Below, in pieces: positions 23,843 to 36,183 of a DNA stretch of 64,000 nucleotides (position 1 is the stretch's first letter; each line of letters starts with the position of its first letter). The position numbers and the translations under genes were made by a program. This DNA is from the human T2T-CHM13v2.0 reference genome, Homo sapiens. Under the pieces are notes generated by a model. That model was not told where the DNA came from. It ran no database searches and saw only the letters and a program-made list of their open reading frames with translations. Location of the stretch: assembly GCF_009914755.1 (NCBI RefSeq), contig NC_060936.1; one strand, written 5' to 3'.

Positions 23843-24718
23843 TCATCAAAATTTAAAACTTTTGCGCATCAAAGAAAATTATCAAGAAAGTAAAAAGACA
23901 ACCTATTGAATGAGTGAAAATATTTGCAAATTATATATCTGATAATAAGTTAATATTCAGAATATATAAAGAACTTTTACAACTCAATAAAAATAACTCA
24001 ATTAGAAAATAAAATGTGGCATACACATACAATGGGTTATTATTCAGCCATAAGAAGGAATAAAATTCTGATACATGTTACAGTGTGGATGAACCCTGAA
24101 AACATTATGCTGAGTAAAAGAAAGCAGATACAACAGGACAAGTATTATATGACTCCATTTATATGAAATATCTAGCATAAGCAAATTCAAAGAGACAGAA
24201 AGTAGATTAGAGGTCACCAGAGTCTAGGGAGAGGAGGGAATGGGAAGTTATTGGTTAGTGAGTACACAATTTCCATTTAGGATAAAGAAAAAGTTCTGGA
24301 AATAGCGGTGATGGTAGCAAAACACTGTGAATGTAATTAATGCTACCAAACTGTACACTTACAAATGATTTAAATGGCAATATTCACAATATATAGTACT
24401 ACAATTTTTAAAAATTTATTTTAATCCATATATTATTCTTAAGTAATTTTTGGTATGTGCTAAAATCTAGAGAAAACTACAATAATAATAATATAATACA
24501 TCTGAAGACTTCTTTTGTTAATGTGTTATCATATACTGTATTTTCTTAAATGTAATACAACTTTTTTTAGACTCAATATTCCTAGGTAAGCAGAAAAGAA
24601 AATATTTTTGTGATGTAGAAATACTACTATGCCTGAAATAAAAGGTTCTCATTATTCCTGAGGGAAAAGAGTCACCTCAAAAAAATACACTCAAAAATGC
24701 TGACATTTAAAAACTTAC

Positions 24719-24805
24719 CTCAAATTTAAACCACTCCGAGTTCCACTGAGGGTTGAGTGACTTAAGGTACACATCTGTTTTAAAGGTGGTATTACCAAAT
24801 TTTAC
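24719..24805 (-). CDS. C2CD5: C2CD5 exon 3 (87 nt), C2 domain
   Basis: tttttag|GTAAAA...GAG|gtaagt; VKFGNTTFKTDVYLKSLNPQWNSEWFKFE (C2 motif LNPxWN). Confidence 0.97.
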
Positions 24806-25039
24806 CTAAAAACAAATAAGAAATTATTCACATATGAATATCAAAAATGTGAATAAAAGTAAATTTTAATGTCAGCCAACCAATAGAAGGATAAACCATA
24901 AAGGGGACAAAAGACTATTATCCTCTGGGACAAAGGGAAGAAGGTACAGATGGATCCAGGTAAGATTGTAGACTAATAATAATACCCACAACAAGCAATC
25001 ACCCATTGCTCTGCTTGACCAGCTCCACACATCACAAAG

Positions 25040-25850
25040 AACTAACTTCCTCCGTTTCTAAAGAGCATATAGAGAGCAATAAAAGATCAACAACCCAATA
25101 GAAAAAATAGGCAAAGGATATGATCAGGTAAGTCACAGAAATGGAAATACAGCTGTCTTTAACCACATCAAAAGATGATCAACCTCATTCATACTAAGAG
25201 AAATGCAAACTAAAATATTTTTACTTATCAGGCTGGCAAAGACCAAAAGATTTGAAAACAGAATTGGTGCGGTACTGTCATGCTTTGCTGGTAGGAGTTG
25301 TAGAACAATCTCTACAGAGACTTTGAAAACACATCAAAATTTTAAATGCCTTAAATCCCTTTTAAGCTAGCAATTCTACTTCTTAGAATTTATCCCACAG
25401 AGGTACACAATGGCATATATCAGCAGCATTACTGTAGCAAAAGCTTGGAAACAAGTTAAATATCTGTCAATATGGAACTAATTAAATTTATGGTAAAGCA
25501 ACACAATGTAGCACTAAATAGAATAAAGCAGTTCTCCATGCACTGGTAAGGAACAACTTCCAAGATACATCTTTCTACTGCAGATATATGGCATTCTTCA
25601 GCACAAAAAAAAAAAAGACAGAATTCATATAATAGTTATATGTCTGTATATGCGCACATTATTTCTAGAAGTATATACAAGAAATAGTAACAATGGCCAC
25701 TACAAACAGCAGAAGAGGTTGGTTAAAGGAGAGGCTGTGAAAGAGAAGCTGACTCACTTTGTACCTTTTGAATTTTGAACCATGCATAATACTACCTATT
25801 TTAAATGCATTATTTTAAAATTCAAAAACATCAAAAATTAAAATAAAAAT
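25040..25850 (+). mobile_element. old L1ME-like fragment
   Basis: caacaacccaatagaaaaaataggcaaaggatatga...ctagcaattctacttcttagaatttatcc. Confidence 0.65.
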
Positions 25851-26728
25851 GGCAATAACTTTATTTTCATTCAAATTACAGAATCCTAGGTTTGCTACCA
25901 GGAATTTAACCTACAGAAGTACTTTCACATAAGCCCTCCCCACCAAAAATATAGTCATTCAGCAGGAAAGTGACTGAACAAATCATGTGCCCTATAAATA
26001 ATGGAGTCGACTATATGTACTGTCACTAGAAGATATTACACAATAACTGAAAAAACAAGTAGCAGAATATATAAAGTATGATTATATTTGTTTCTAAAAA
26101 TGTGATATAGATATACAAGTATTTGTTAAGAGGATGAAGAATAGATTAACATAAGCCAAAGAACTGACAGCAATTATCTCTGAAGAAGGGACTGATAGGG
26201 TGTAGGAAATAGAGTACAGTGGTGTAAGAAGAAAGTAAGGGGTTTTCGAGTTATATTTGAGTGTTTCAATCTTTTTTAATGGGGAGCATTCAAGTATTAC
26301 TTGCATAATTTTTTTAATCACAATGATAAAGAAATGAAACTTAATGAGGAAAAAGGAAGAATAGAGGTTCTTGTTTAATTACTAATTTAATTTTCATTCC
26401 ATTTAAATATTCAAGGCATGATGGAAATACTTATTGTTTAATTTATCTAAAGCTGCTTTATATGAAGTAAAATACTGTTAGGATTTATAAAAACATTCAA
26501 AATCATTCAAAAGCAATATACTTAAGGGTTTTGGCTCAACTGCCAAAAGTAGTACATGATTTTTTAAGTGACAAGTTTAGAGCACTCTACAGTTTTGTCC
26601 CACTATAACAGTTGTGCTATACTGTGCCTTTTTGTTGTTGTGCAACTGTTCATTCTAAATAAAGATCCGATAGTCCACAAACTGCTTTAAACAAACAAAA
26701 AAGACTTTAGAAAAAAGGAAAAGTCATC

Positions 26729-26890
26729 AGCCAGGCAGGGTGGTGCGTGCCTGGAGTCCCTGCTACTCAAGAAGCTAAGGCAAGAGGAGCTTGAAGCCAG
26801 GAGTTCAAGGCTGCTGCATTCAGGCCTGGGCAACAGAGCAAGACCCAGTCTTTCAAACAAGAAAACAAATAAAGGACAAGAAACAAAAAG
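26729..26890 (+). mobile_element. Alu monomer (FAM/FRAM-like)
   Basis: Single-arm Alu sequence with A-rich tail. Confidence 0.75.
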
Positions 26891-29165
26891 AAAAAGGCTG
26901 GAGTGTGTATTTTGCCAACATTGGATGATTTCCACTCTAGTACAGAAGAATCTCGGTTCACTTAGTCTTAATTTAATTAAAAGGACATTTTATTACTCAG
27001 CAATTAAATGAATGCCTTATAACTCTGTTAAAGAACATCAGGGATTTTAATGGAGATTTCCCCCAGTAAAGTAAAGCATTCTCTTTACCTACTCATTAGC
27101 TAAATTACCTTGAGAAAGTTATTAACCTGTTATTTAAATTGGCTTCCTCCTCTGAAAAGTGGGATTGTAAGTGAGCATTACATGATATAACACATGTAGA
27201 GACCTAGCAAAATGTCTGCACATAGGAAATATTCATTAAATATTTACTTTCCTCTCCCTGTTCCCTCAAAGGTTCCTAGAAAAACACAAGATGACAATGT
27301 AGTTTAGCCAAACAATTGGTAACACACATTAACATTCAGATATATTTCCATTAATACTTCGCTTGTACAGAACCCCATCTTACTCTAGAGATTCCTGCAA
27401 GACTACTCGTCTTGAAGAATTATTTGGTCTTCACTGGGTCCCTACACTCCTGACGTCATATATAGTGGAAATTCTCTCAATCAATGCAACCAGGACCAAT
27501 ACTTGATCAGTTAATCAAATAACTTGGTTAAATTAGAGGATCACTAAAAATAATACAAACTGTAAACATTTTAAGATAAAACATATAAACAAACATTCAT
27601 TCCTGTCTTTTAATGTAAGGCTAAGACCTCTTCTTTGTGTAAAAGTCAACTGTTTAGTCATCTTTTTTTGCATAAGCCACATTCATCTCTGATTTCCAGT
27701 TTGGGTTGCTTTAAAAAGTACGAACAAAGAATCCTCTATTTTTTACAGTCTTTTCTCCACCTAATTCAAGAGCTATTTTTAGTAACCATTTCCATGTCTT
27801 TACATTCACTCATTTATATAAGGTTTAAATAAAATATAGTAAGAAATACAGTTGACATAAGCAGATTTGGGAATAAACACAACTGCCTCTTGGTAAAGTA
27901 TATCAGCCAACTGATGGGAAACTCCAGACACACTGGAGAGTAGTCTTACCCAGAGGAGTATTTACGAATACGCTTTATGGAAGGATGCAGAACGCTGAGG
28001 ATTGCAATGAGTCACTTAACGGAGGTTGTTAAGACAGCTTCAACTGTATTGACCTCTCCTCCTAATTTTTGGACTACTCAGTAATCTGTATCCCCCTTTC
28101 CTAGCCAGATTTATTTCCCACTTCTATTCAACAAGAATCTTCCTTTCAATCACATATGAATGAAATTCATTCAATTGAAATACATTCAATTACATCAATA
28201 CATACTCTGTTCTTTTGCTTTTATCAAGTTTGTCCTAGTCACCTGAAAATTTTTTCTTCCTTTTTCTCTCTGCCTTTGTAAATTTTACCATCCTCCAGGC
28301 CCAGGATAAAGGTTTCTCATGACAAGCCCACGCTTCATTATCTCCCTCTTCTATGAACTTAAGTCTGTATCAAGCATTTATCCCTTTATTATATTGTAAT
28401 CCTTCATTATCCCCCTTTTCCTGCATTAATTTTTCCCCTTTCTACTGGATTATTCCTATTAGCACACAAATAGGTTCTGTATCTTTTCATTTATTTTTTA
28501 AGTACTAAAACTACTTCTCAAACACCACAGTATTTTTCCTCCCCCCTTCATAGCCATACATCTTGAAACAGTTGCCTATTCATACTCTTTCTACTTCCTC
28601 ACTTCCCATGTACTTTCTCTTTAAATCACTACAGGATGGGATTCCACCCTCATCATGCCTCTTGTCACAACCCCCATGTTGTCCAATCCAATAATTTTTC
28701 TGTCTTCTTACTTGACCTCAGTGACATCTGACAATTGAGCTTCCTTCCTCTTTCTAGAAACTTCCTCTCTTGCCTTCTAAGACATTATGTTCCCCATTTT
28801 TCTCCCACCCACTGGCTCACAATCTCAGTTTCCTTCCTCTAGTCCTCCTCTTCTAATAAACCTCTTAATATCAAGTTTTTTCAAGGATTCATCCTGTTTC
28901 TCTCCCTTCCCCTAAGTCACAGGTTTGCAAAAAAGACAGAACCAACTCCTAAAGCTTTGCAAAAAAGACAGAACCAACTCCAACTCCTAAAGAAGCTTTA
29001 GACATTTCTAGCAGTGGTTTTGGGGAAAATAGTAATTGCATTAAGTGAGGAAGGGCCAGAGATGCCAGGTATTCTTCAATGCAAGAGAGTTCCCAACAAT
29101 GAAGACTTTTACCATGTCATGATTTTCAAATGTGCCACTAGATAATCACATGGGTAAGAAACCTA

Positions 29166-29482
<317 letters not shown>

Positions 29483-30037
29483 CCCTACCTAGAACCTCAG
29501 TTTTACAGATAGAAGTATTACAATCGGGTTTCAATGTACATAATTGTCAAGAACTACAACCATCATGTAAATCAAGAGGCAACTCTGCTTTTTCCCATGA
29601 GTTGACTATTTTGAAAAATCAGATAACCAATGGCAATGAAGATCTGAGATGCCAAAACTACACAACTGTCTCACTCTGTTTGAGAAGCAGTCACATTCAC
29701 GTGGTTTTAACATAGGCGAGGCACTCCCTATTCTGTGTCCCAGCTTTATTTTCTCCATATATTATTCTTAAGTAATTTTTGGTATATGCTAAAATCTAGA
29801 GAAAACTAGACCATCCAGCATACTGTATCTTTTACTTACTTACCTTATTTATGAACTCTCTCCTCCCACTAAAATGTAAGTTCCGTGAATGAAGTTTTTT
29901 TAAATTTATTGCTATATCCCCAGCATCCAGTACAGTGTCTAATACATACAAAGGCTGAATTCATTGATTCATCTGATTACTTCATGTTTTCTATTATGGT
30001 CATGAAAAAGTACTTCCATATTAAAATAATAACAACA

Positions 30038-30330
30038 GGCCAGGCGCGGTGGCTCACATCTGTAATCCCAGCACTTTGGGAGACCAAGGCAGGTGGATCA
30101 CCTGAGGTCAGGAGTTCAAGACCAGCCTGGCCAACATGGCGAAACCCCGTCGCTACTAAAAATACAAAAATTAGCTGGGCGCGGAGGCAAGCACCTGTAA
30201 TCCCAGCTACTCTGGAGGCTGAGGCAGGACAATCGCTTGAACCCAGGTGACGGAAGTTGCAGTGAGCCAAGATCGTGCCACTACACTCCAGCCTGGGTGA
30301 AAGAGCAAGACTCTATCTCAAAAAAATAAT
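30038..30330 (+). mobile_element. AluSx-like
   Basis: Full dimer; TSD ataacaaca. Confidence 0.94.
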
Positions 30331-30499
30331 AATGATAACAACAAAAACAAATACTTCTATTTGTTATAGTTAAACCGTGGTACTGATTTTTTAATTGTAA
30401 GGATATATTAACTAAAAAATATCATGCCAGGATAGAAAGGGTAGATTCCAAAATACCAGCTATCTAAAGGGAGTCCTGGGTCTCACAGTTGAGAAACAC

Positions 30500-31420
30500 T
30501 GGCTTGTGTGCTCATTTTTAACTCAGACCTCTTTTTTTTGAATGCCATAGTCATAAATCACTTCCTTAACATCTCCAATTAAAGACCCTAAAGACATCAC
30601 AAACCTAACATGCTCAAATGGAAAATGATCCTCCTCAATCTTTACCATCCCCCTGGAGTATCAGAAAACCCAATACTTCAGAAAGCTAGGAGTCATCTTT
30701 TAATCTATCTTCAAAATATACCTGGAATTCATCCACTTGTCCGCATTACCAAATCCATCACCTTGGATAACATTACCTGTTATTTGAACTATTATAGAAT
30801 CTCCTAACTGCCTGATTTCTACTCTTTCCCCTTCAATCCATTCTCCATATAACAGTGCTCATCTTAACAAGGGCTTCTCAATGAATTTAGGGTAAAATTC
30901 AAACTCTTAATCATGGCCTTAGTCCTTGCAAGACTGGTTCTTTGATTAACTCTCCAACTTTATCTTATACTACTCTTCCCTTCACTGACTACGTGCCAGC
31001 CACACGCATTTTCCTTCACTTCTTAAAACACACCAAATCTCTACATGAGATCTCCGGGTTACCTTCTGTCCACCCACTCCCCTACACACACAAATATGCT
31101 CCCTCAGCAGCAGGCTCCTTCTCATCCAGCAGATCTTGGTTTTGACAAACACTTTTCTCAGGGGCCTCCCCTGATTACTCAACCTAAAGTAGGTGTTCCC
31201 TGTTGTTCTCTTTCTATTGTTCCCTTTCATGGCACCCATCCCAACTTGTAACTATATATTTAATAATTTATTTACCTTTTAAACATCTGTCTCTCCCACT
31301 AAAATATAAGCTGAATTAAGAGAAGGAACCAAGTCTGTCTTATTCACCATGTATATACATCGGCTAGACCAGTAACTAGCCCAGAGCCTGGCAAACGGCA
31401 GACACTCAATTTGTTCAAAG
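30500..31420 (+). mobile_element. L2 remnant (other L2 pieces ~28430-28900 and ~29725-29970)
   Basis: L2 3' motifs ctctcccactaaaatataagc...tattcacc...acactcaat. Confidence 0.65.
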
Positions 31421-33054
31421 AAGGAAGTAATAAGTAACCCCTGAATCAGCCCCCTTCCTCACCAGCAAAATCCACCTAGTTATCAAGGCCTGACTATTTT
31501 AACCTAAGAAATGTCCCACAAATCTTTCTGTTCAAATCCATTCCTATTCCCATTCCCACATATTACCTGGATAATTTTACCACCTTCTTAACTGATCTCC
31601 CTGCCACACTTCCCATCTGTCTAGTCCATCAATAGCATCCCCATTCAGGCCATCCTATAAAGAAACAAACTAATACAAACATGATCTTATTTTATTTCTG
31701 CTTAAAAAACTCCCCTGGCCAGGCGTGGTGGCTCAGGCCCATAATCCCAGCACTTTGGGAGGCCGAAGAGGGAGAGGCAGGAGGATGGCTTGAGGCCAGG
31801 AGTTGGAGGCTGCAGTGACCTGCATTCAGCTTCCTTGTCGCTCCTTATAAATATTACAGAAAATGAGGTTTTATAGAAAATGGGGCTTTCCAGCCTCATC
31901 CCTAACAAGCTCCACTACCCACATATCTCATACCCTTTCCTCCAGACACGTACTAAACTAAGGCAGTTTCCTGAACATACTATATATCCCAGTCTATGCC
32001 TTTGCCTTTGATGTTCCCTTTGCCTGGTAAAATCCTGGGTGTCCTTCAAGGCCCACTTCAAATGTCACTTTCACAAGAAGCCTTTCTCAACCTTCAGAGA
32101 CAGAATTCTTTCCATATTCTAATACAATACTCATCACTTTGGTGAGGCCGTATTAGCAGAGTGGTTAAGAGAACAAACTGTCAGGCTGTGGAGGTTTGCA
32201 AGCTATGTAACCTTAAGCAAATTATTTACCCTTCCTGGGCCTCAGTTACATCCACTGTAACATGGGACAATAACAATACTCCTATAGCAGGACTGTTGTG
32301 AAAACTAAGAATTTAAAAGTACTTAGTACAGATCTGGCAATTATTAAATTCAACACGTTACCTATTAGTTATTAAATAGGCTGTGTGGGTCAATGTCTGA
32401 ACTACCGGAAAGCAAACACTATGTTTTAGTTATTTGTGGATTCCTATCACCTAACATCTGGCACAAGAGCACTCAAGAACTTTCTCAAATGAAGTGATTA
32501 AGAATCACCATGACAATGGGCAGGGGAGGCAGTGAACTGTAATTATTCGGTTAGAGAACATTTAGGAAACATCAGGAATATTGAGATGAAATCGAGCTAT
32601 ATATTATGATATATCTATCCATCAATTCTAAGCACTAATAGCCCAAATGATTGCTGCTCTAATGCTCTGGCTCATCACGCCAATTTTTATTACAATCTTT
32701 ACTTGGCTTCTTTCAGACTCTGGGTTATTACCTTCCGGCCGTAGGCCTTTACTAATTTGCATGACTTTTAAACTAATCATTAGACTTAAAAAGCAATTTT
32801 GCAATTTAAGTCCATGGCAATTAAATGACTTCCTACCTCAAGGCGCTAAATTACCCTGAAACACCTCATCAGACCTACCAGCCTATACAAGAGCAGGAAG
32901 TGTTGCAGTTGTGTTTTAGAACGTGCATGGCAGATTCACAAAATGTTAGGCATGAGAGTGGATTTCCTCGCACTGTGGGACTCCAAGTGCCCATAAAGGG
33001 CTTCATGCACCTTCTTAAACATGATGTCCAGCACTCTGGCCACCCCTTCCAAGG

Positions 33055-33290
33055 GTGTGTGTGTGCCTGTGTGTGTGTGTGTTTCAGTGGCTGCGGGGCC
33101 ACACCTTGGGATCTCCTGAGTGGCAGGTGGCCTGTTAATGAGTCCTGACATCAGAGTCATTCCGGCATTTGTGTGTGTGTGTGTGTATGTGTGTGAGTGT
33201 GTCGGTGGCTGCGCGGCCACGCCTTGGGATCTCCTGAGTGGCAGGTGGCCTGTTAATGAGTCCTGACATCAGGGTCACCCCCGCATGCAC
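33055..33290. repeat. tandem duplication, 2 x ~118 bp, each unit headed by a (GT)n tract
   Basis: gtggctgc...ccttgggatctcctgagtggcaggtggcctgttaatgagtcctgacatcag starts at 33087 and 33205. Confidence 0.95.
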
Positions 33291-33521
33291 AACAGTACAA
33301 GCCTCCCCGCGCAGCGGACTGTGCCGCGGACGCCTGCAAGCCGTGCACCCATCGCACACACTGAGGTCTCGGCGGTCATCCCTCGTGGGAGAGCTGGACA
33401 ACCACGGCCGAAGGGAGGGCAGTCGAGGGGGGAATAGGCTGAGGGGCTGGGGGCGAGGTGGGTAGATCCTTCACAGGGCTTGGCGCTCCCTGTGTTTTGA
33501 GGGGCAGGACCCTGCACCAAC

Positions 33522-33611
33522 CTCCACGAAGGCATCAGTCAGGTCACTAGCACGGTCCATCACTGGCAAATGGCGCCCGGCCACGATTTTCACCTTCAGC
33601 TTCCCTGGCAT
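33522..33611 (-). CDS. C2CD5: C2CD5 exon 2 coding part (exon 33522-33640), start of C2 domain
   Basis: accATG at 33611; MPGKLKVKIVAGRHLPVMDRASDLTDAFVE; donor GAG|gttggt, phase 0; matches the recognised C2CD5/CDP138 N-terminus. Confidence 0.97.
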
Positions 33612-33827
33612 GGTCTCGGTTTCGGCCTCTTCTTGGGCTCCTGCAGAAACAAACAAACGAGTCTGCGCCGAGCGCGGGGCCGGCGGGAGAGGGGCGGAGG
33701 CGCGCGGGGTAACTGACAGCGAAGGAGCGCGCGGGGGCGCGCGCGGGCGCCCGGCAGTCGCGCCACGGGTCGCCACTCACTGTCGCAGGAGGAAGGGTGC
33801 TGTCCCGCGCGGGTGCTGAGACCTCAT
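33547..33827 (-). other. uORF2, spliced (33827-33781 joined to 33640-33547), overlapping the main AUG out of frame
   Basis: ggaATG at 33827; MRSQHPRGTAPFLLRQ/SPRRGRNRDHAREAEGENRGRAPFASDGPC*; stop TAG at 33547-33549. Confidence 0.6.
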
Positions 33828-33990
33828 TCCGGAGAGGCGGCGGGAGGAAGGGCTTTGATGGGTTCTTCCGTCCCGGCCCCACAAGGCTGGGACGAAAAGC
33901 AAAACCCAGTCAGCATCCCGTTGAGCCTCTGCCGCCCCTGCTTGTCTCTCCTCCCCCGCTCTCAAAAATGGCGGCTCTCGGGGCGCGGAA
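33781..33990 (-). other. C2CD5: C2CD5 non-coding exon 1 (5' UTR); 5' end approximate
   Basis: Donor ACA|GTGAGT at 33781/33780 in the CpG island; a 140-nt intron leads to the acceptor tttgtttgtttctgcag at 33641-33642. The TSS is not visible directly. Confidence 0.75.
33824..33916 (-). other. uORF1 (30 aa) in exon 1
   Basis: gggATG at 33916 to TGA at 33824; MLTGFCFSSQPCGAGTEEPIKALPPAASPE*. Needs a TSS upstream of 33916. Confidence 0.55.
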
Positions 33991-34351
33991 GAAAGCATCG
34001 ATCGTTCGGCGCTCTGCCCACTTGGCGGGGCGAAACTAAACTCGCCGAGGAAAGATAAGGGGGCGGGGCTGACGTTGAGAAAGCTGGAGGGCAGGGAAAT
34101 GGGCCGAGTCCTGCATCATCCACCGAGTGGGGGCTGTGGATAGGTGCGGCGCTGCTTCCCTGGAGGGAAACGCTCCATCTTGCGGGCCGAAGCGCGAGTG
34201 CTGCTCTGTGACAGCCTCCGGCCGCGGCCTTCCCAGCTGCTACCGCCGCTTTTCGGATGGGCTGTGATAGATGGAGTAGCAGCGAAGACTGCTAGAAGAG
34301 CGTTTTCAGTCGGCCTTTAGTGATTCGTAAAACCAAATTAGCTGGTTTCTA

Positions 34352-34690
<339 letters not shown>

Positions 34691-34849
34691 GAGATACCAC
34701 GCACATCTCGAATAGTGAAATAAATATTTAGTGAAATATTTTATTCAGTCATAGGCACTTGTGTTGTGCACTGGGTCACAGATATTACTGTGGGCGGGGT
34801 GGGGGAGGTCACCTTGAAATCCAAAGTCTCCTCTTGAAAAAAAGTTTCT

Positions 34850-35160
34850 GCTGGTAGGTGTGGTGGCTCAGATTTGTAATCCCAGCACTGTGGGAGGCTG
34901 AGGTGGGAGGATCGATTGAGTCCAGGAGTTCGAGACCAGCCTCATGGAGACGAGGCAACACAGTAAGACCCCTTCTTTACAAGAAATGCAAAAATTAGCT
35001 GGGCCGGTGGCTCGTCTGTGGTCTCAGCTACCTAGGAAGCTGAGGTGGGAGAATCTGGGAGAATTGCTTGAGCCCAGGAGTTTGAGGCTGCAGTGAGCTG
35101 CCATCTCACCACTGCACCCCAACCTGGGCAACAGAGCAAAACTCTGTCTCTTAAAAAAAA
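34850..35160 (+). mobile_element. AluJ-like
   Basis: Diverged Alu dimer. Confidence 0.9.
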
Positions 35161-35882
35161 TTTTTTTTTAATTAAATGTCCTGCACTCTTAGATCATCTC
35201 AGTGTTCTTATTAAGCATCCACAAGCCTAAAGATAAGACCTACAGTAGTAGCAGAAGTTCAGGACTTCCTACCATGGAAAGTATAGTCAACCACAAGAAA
35301 TAAACATGGAGAGCGTTAAACATCTTGAAGAATTGACCCAACTATAAATAAAGTAAGGTGTTATCTACAGGCTCAGACCATATTAGGGAAATTGAGGCAC
35401 ACACAAGATGTAAATAAATCAGTCCTTACCAAATATCAAAATCAGCATTGACAGTATACCCAGTATCAACAAAATCAGAGTTCATGCCGGCTCAAAGATT
35501 GTAACATTTCATTCCTAAGTGAAGATATCCGTATGATCTTTTTAACTTCGAAAATACTCAATAGAGTAAATACTCCAAACAGTAGTGATCCCGAATTATC
35601 TTTTCATGACAAAAATTCCTTCTATGGCAGGAATATTGTTCACATAAGTGAGAAATTGAACTCCTACAGAGAAAACGACTTCCTCAAAATAAAAATCTAA
35701 AAAAATCGCTTGCTTTTTGGACTAGAGAAACTTTTATCAATTCAAACTATGTCAAAGGAATAGGGGTCATAGATCCCATGCGAATTTCCTTAGGTCCACC
35801 TGCAGCTTTTTCTGGAGTCTGACTCTGCCCTTAAAATACCCTTGCCAGAATTCTGAAGGTTGGCTACACTATGTGATCAACG

Positions 35883-36183
35883 TTTTTTATTTATTTATTT
35901 ATTTAGAGACAGGGACTCACTCTGTGTCCCACACTGGAGTGCAGTGACATGATCATAGCTCACTACAGCCTCAATCTTCTGGGCCAAGCGATCCTCCCAC
36001 CTCAGCCCCCCAAGTTCCTGGGACTACAAGCACATACCACCATGCACCGCTAGTTTTTTAAATTTTTTGAAGAGATGGAGTCTCCCTGTATTGCCCAGGC
36101 TGGTCTCAATCCTGGTTTAAGCCATCCTCCTGCCTTGACCTCACAAAGTGGTGGGATTACAGGCATGAGCCATCTTGCCCGGC
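35883..36183 (-). mobile_element. AluJ-like
   Basis: (TTTA)n tail plus reverse dimer. Confidence 0.9.

Larger units (their letters stand above)
33200..34320. promoter_or_regulatory. CpG island / C2CD5 promoter
   Basis: High GC and CpG density; YY1-type AAAATGGCGGC at 33965-33975, GC box GGGGCGGGGC at 34060-34069, CRE half-site TGACGT at 34070-34075; no TATA box seen. Confidence 0.92.

Noticed and set aside
32647-33535. Cluster of overlapping ORFs next to the promoter
   Set aside because: Explained by GC-richness, (GT)n tracts and the 118-bp duplication; no recognisable protein similarity.
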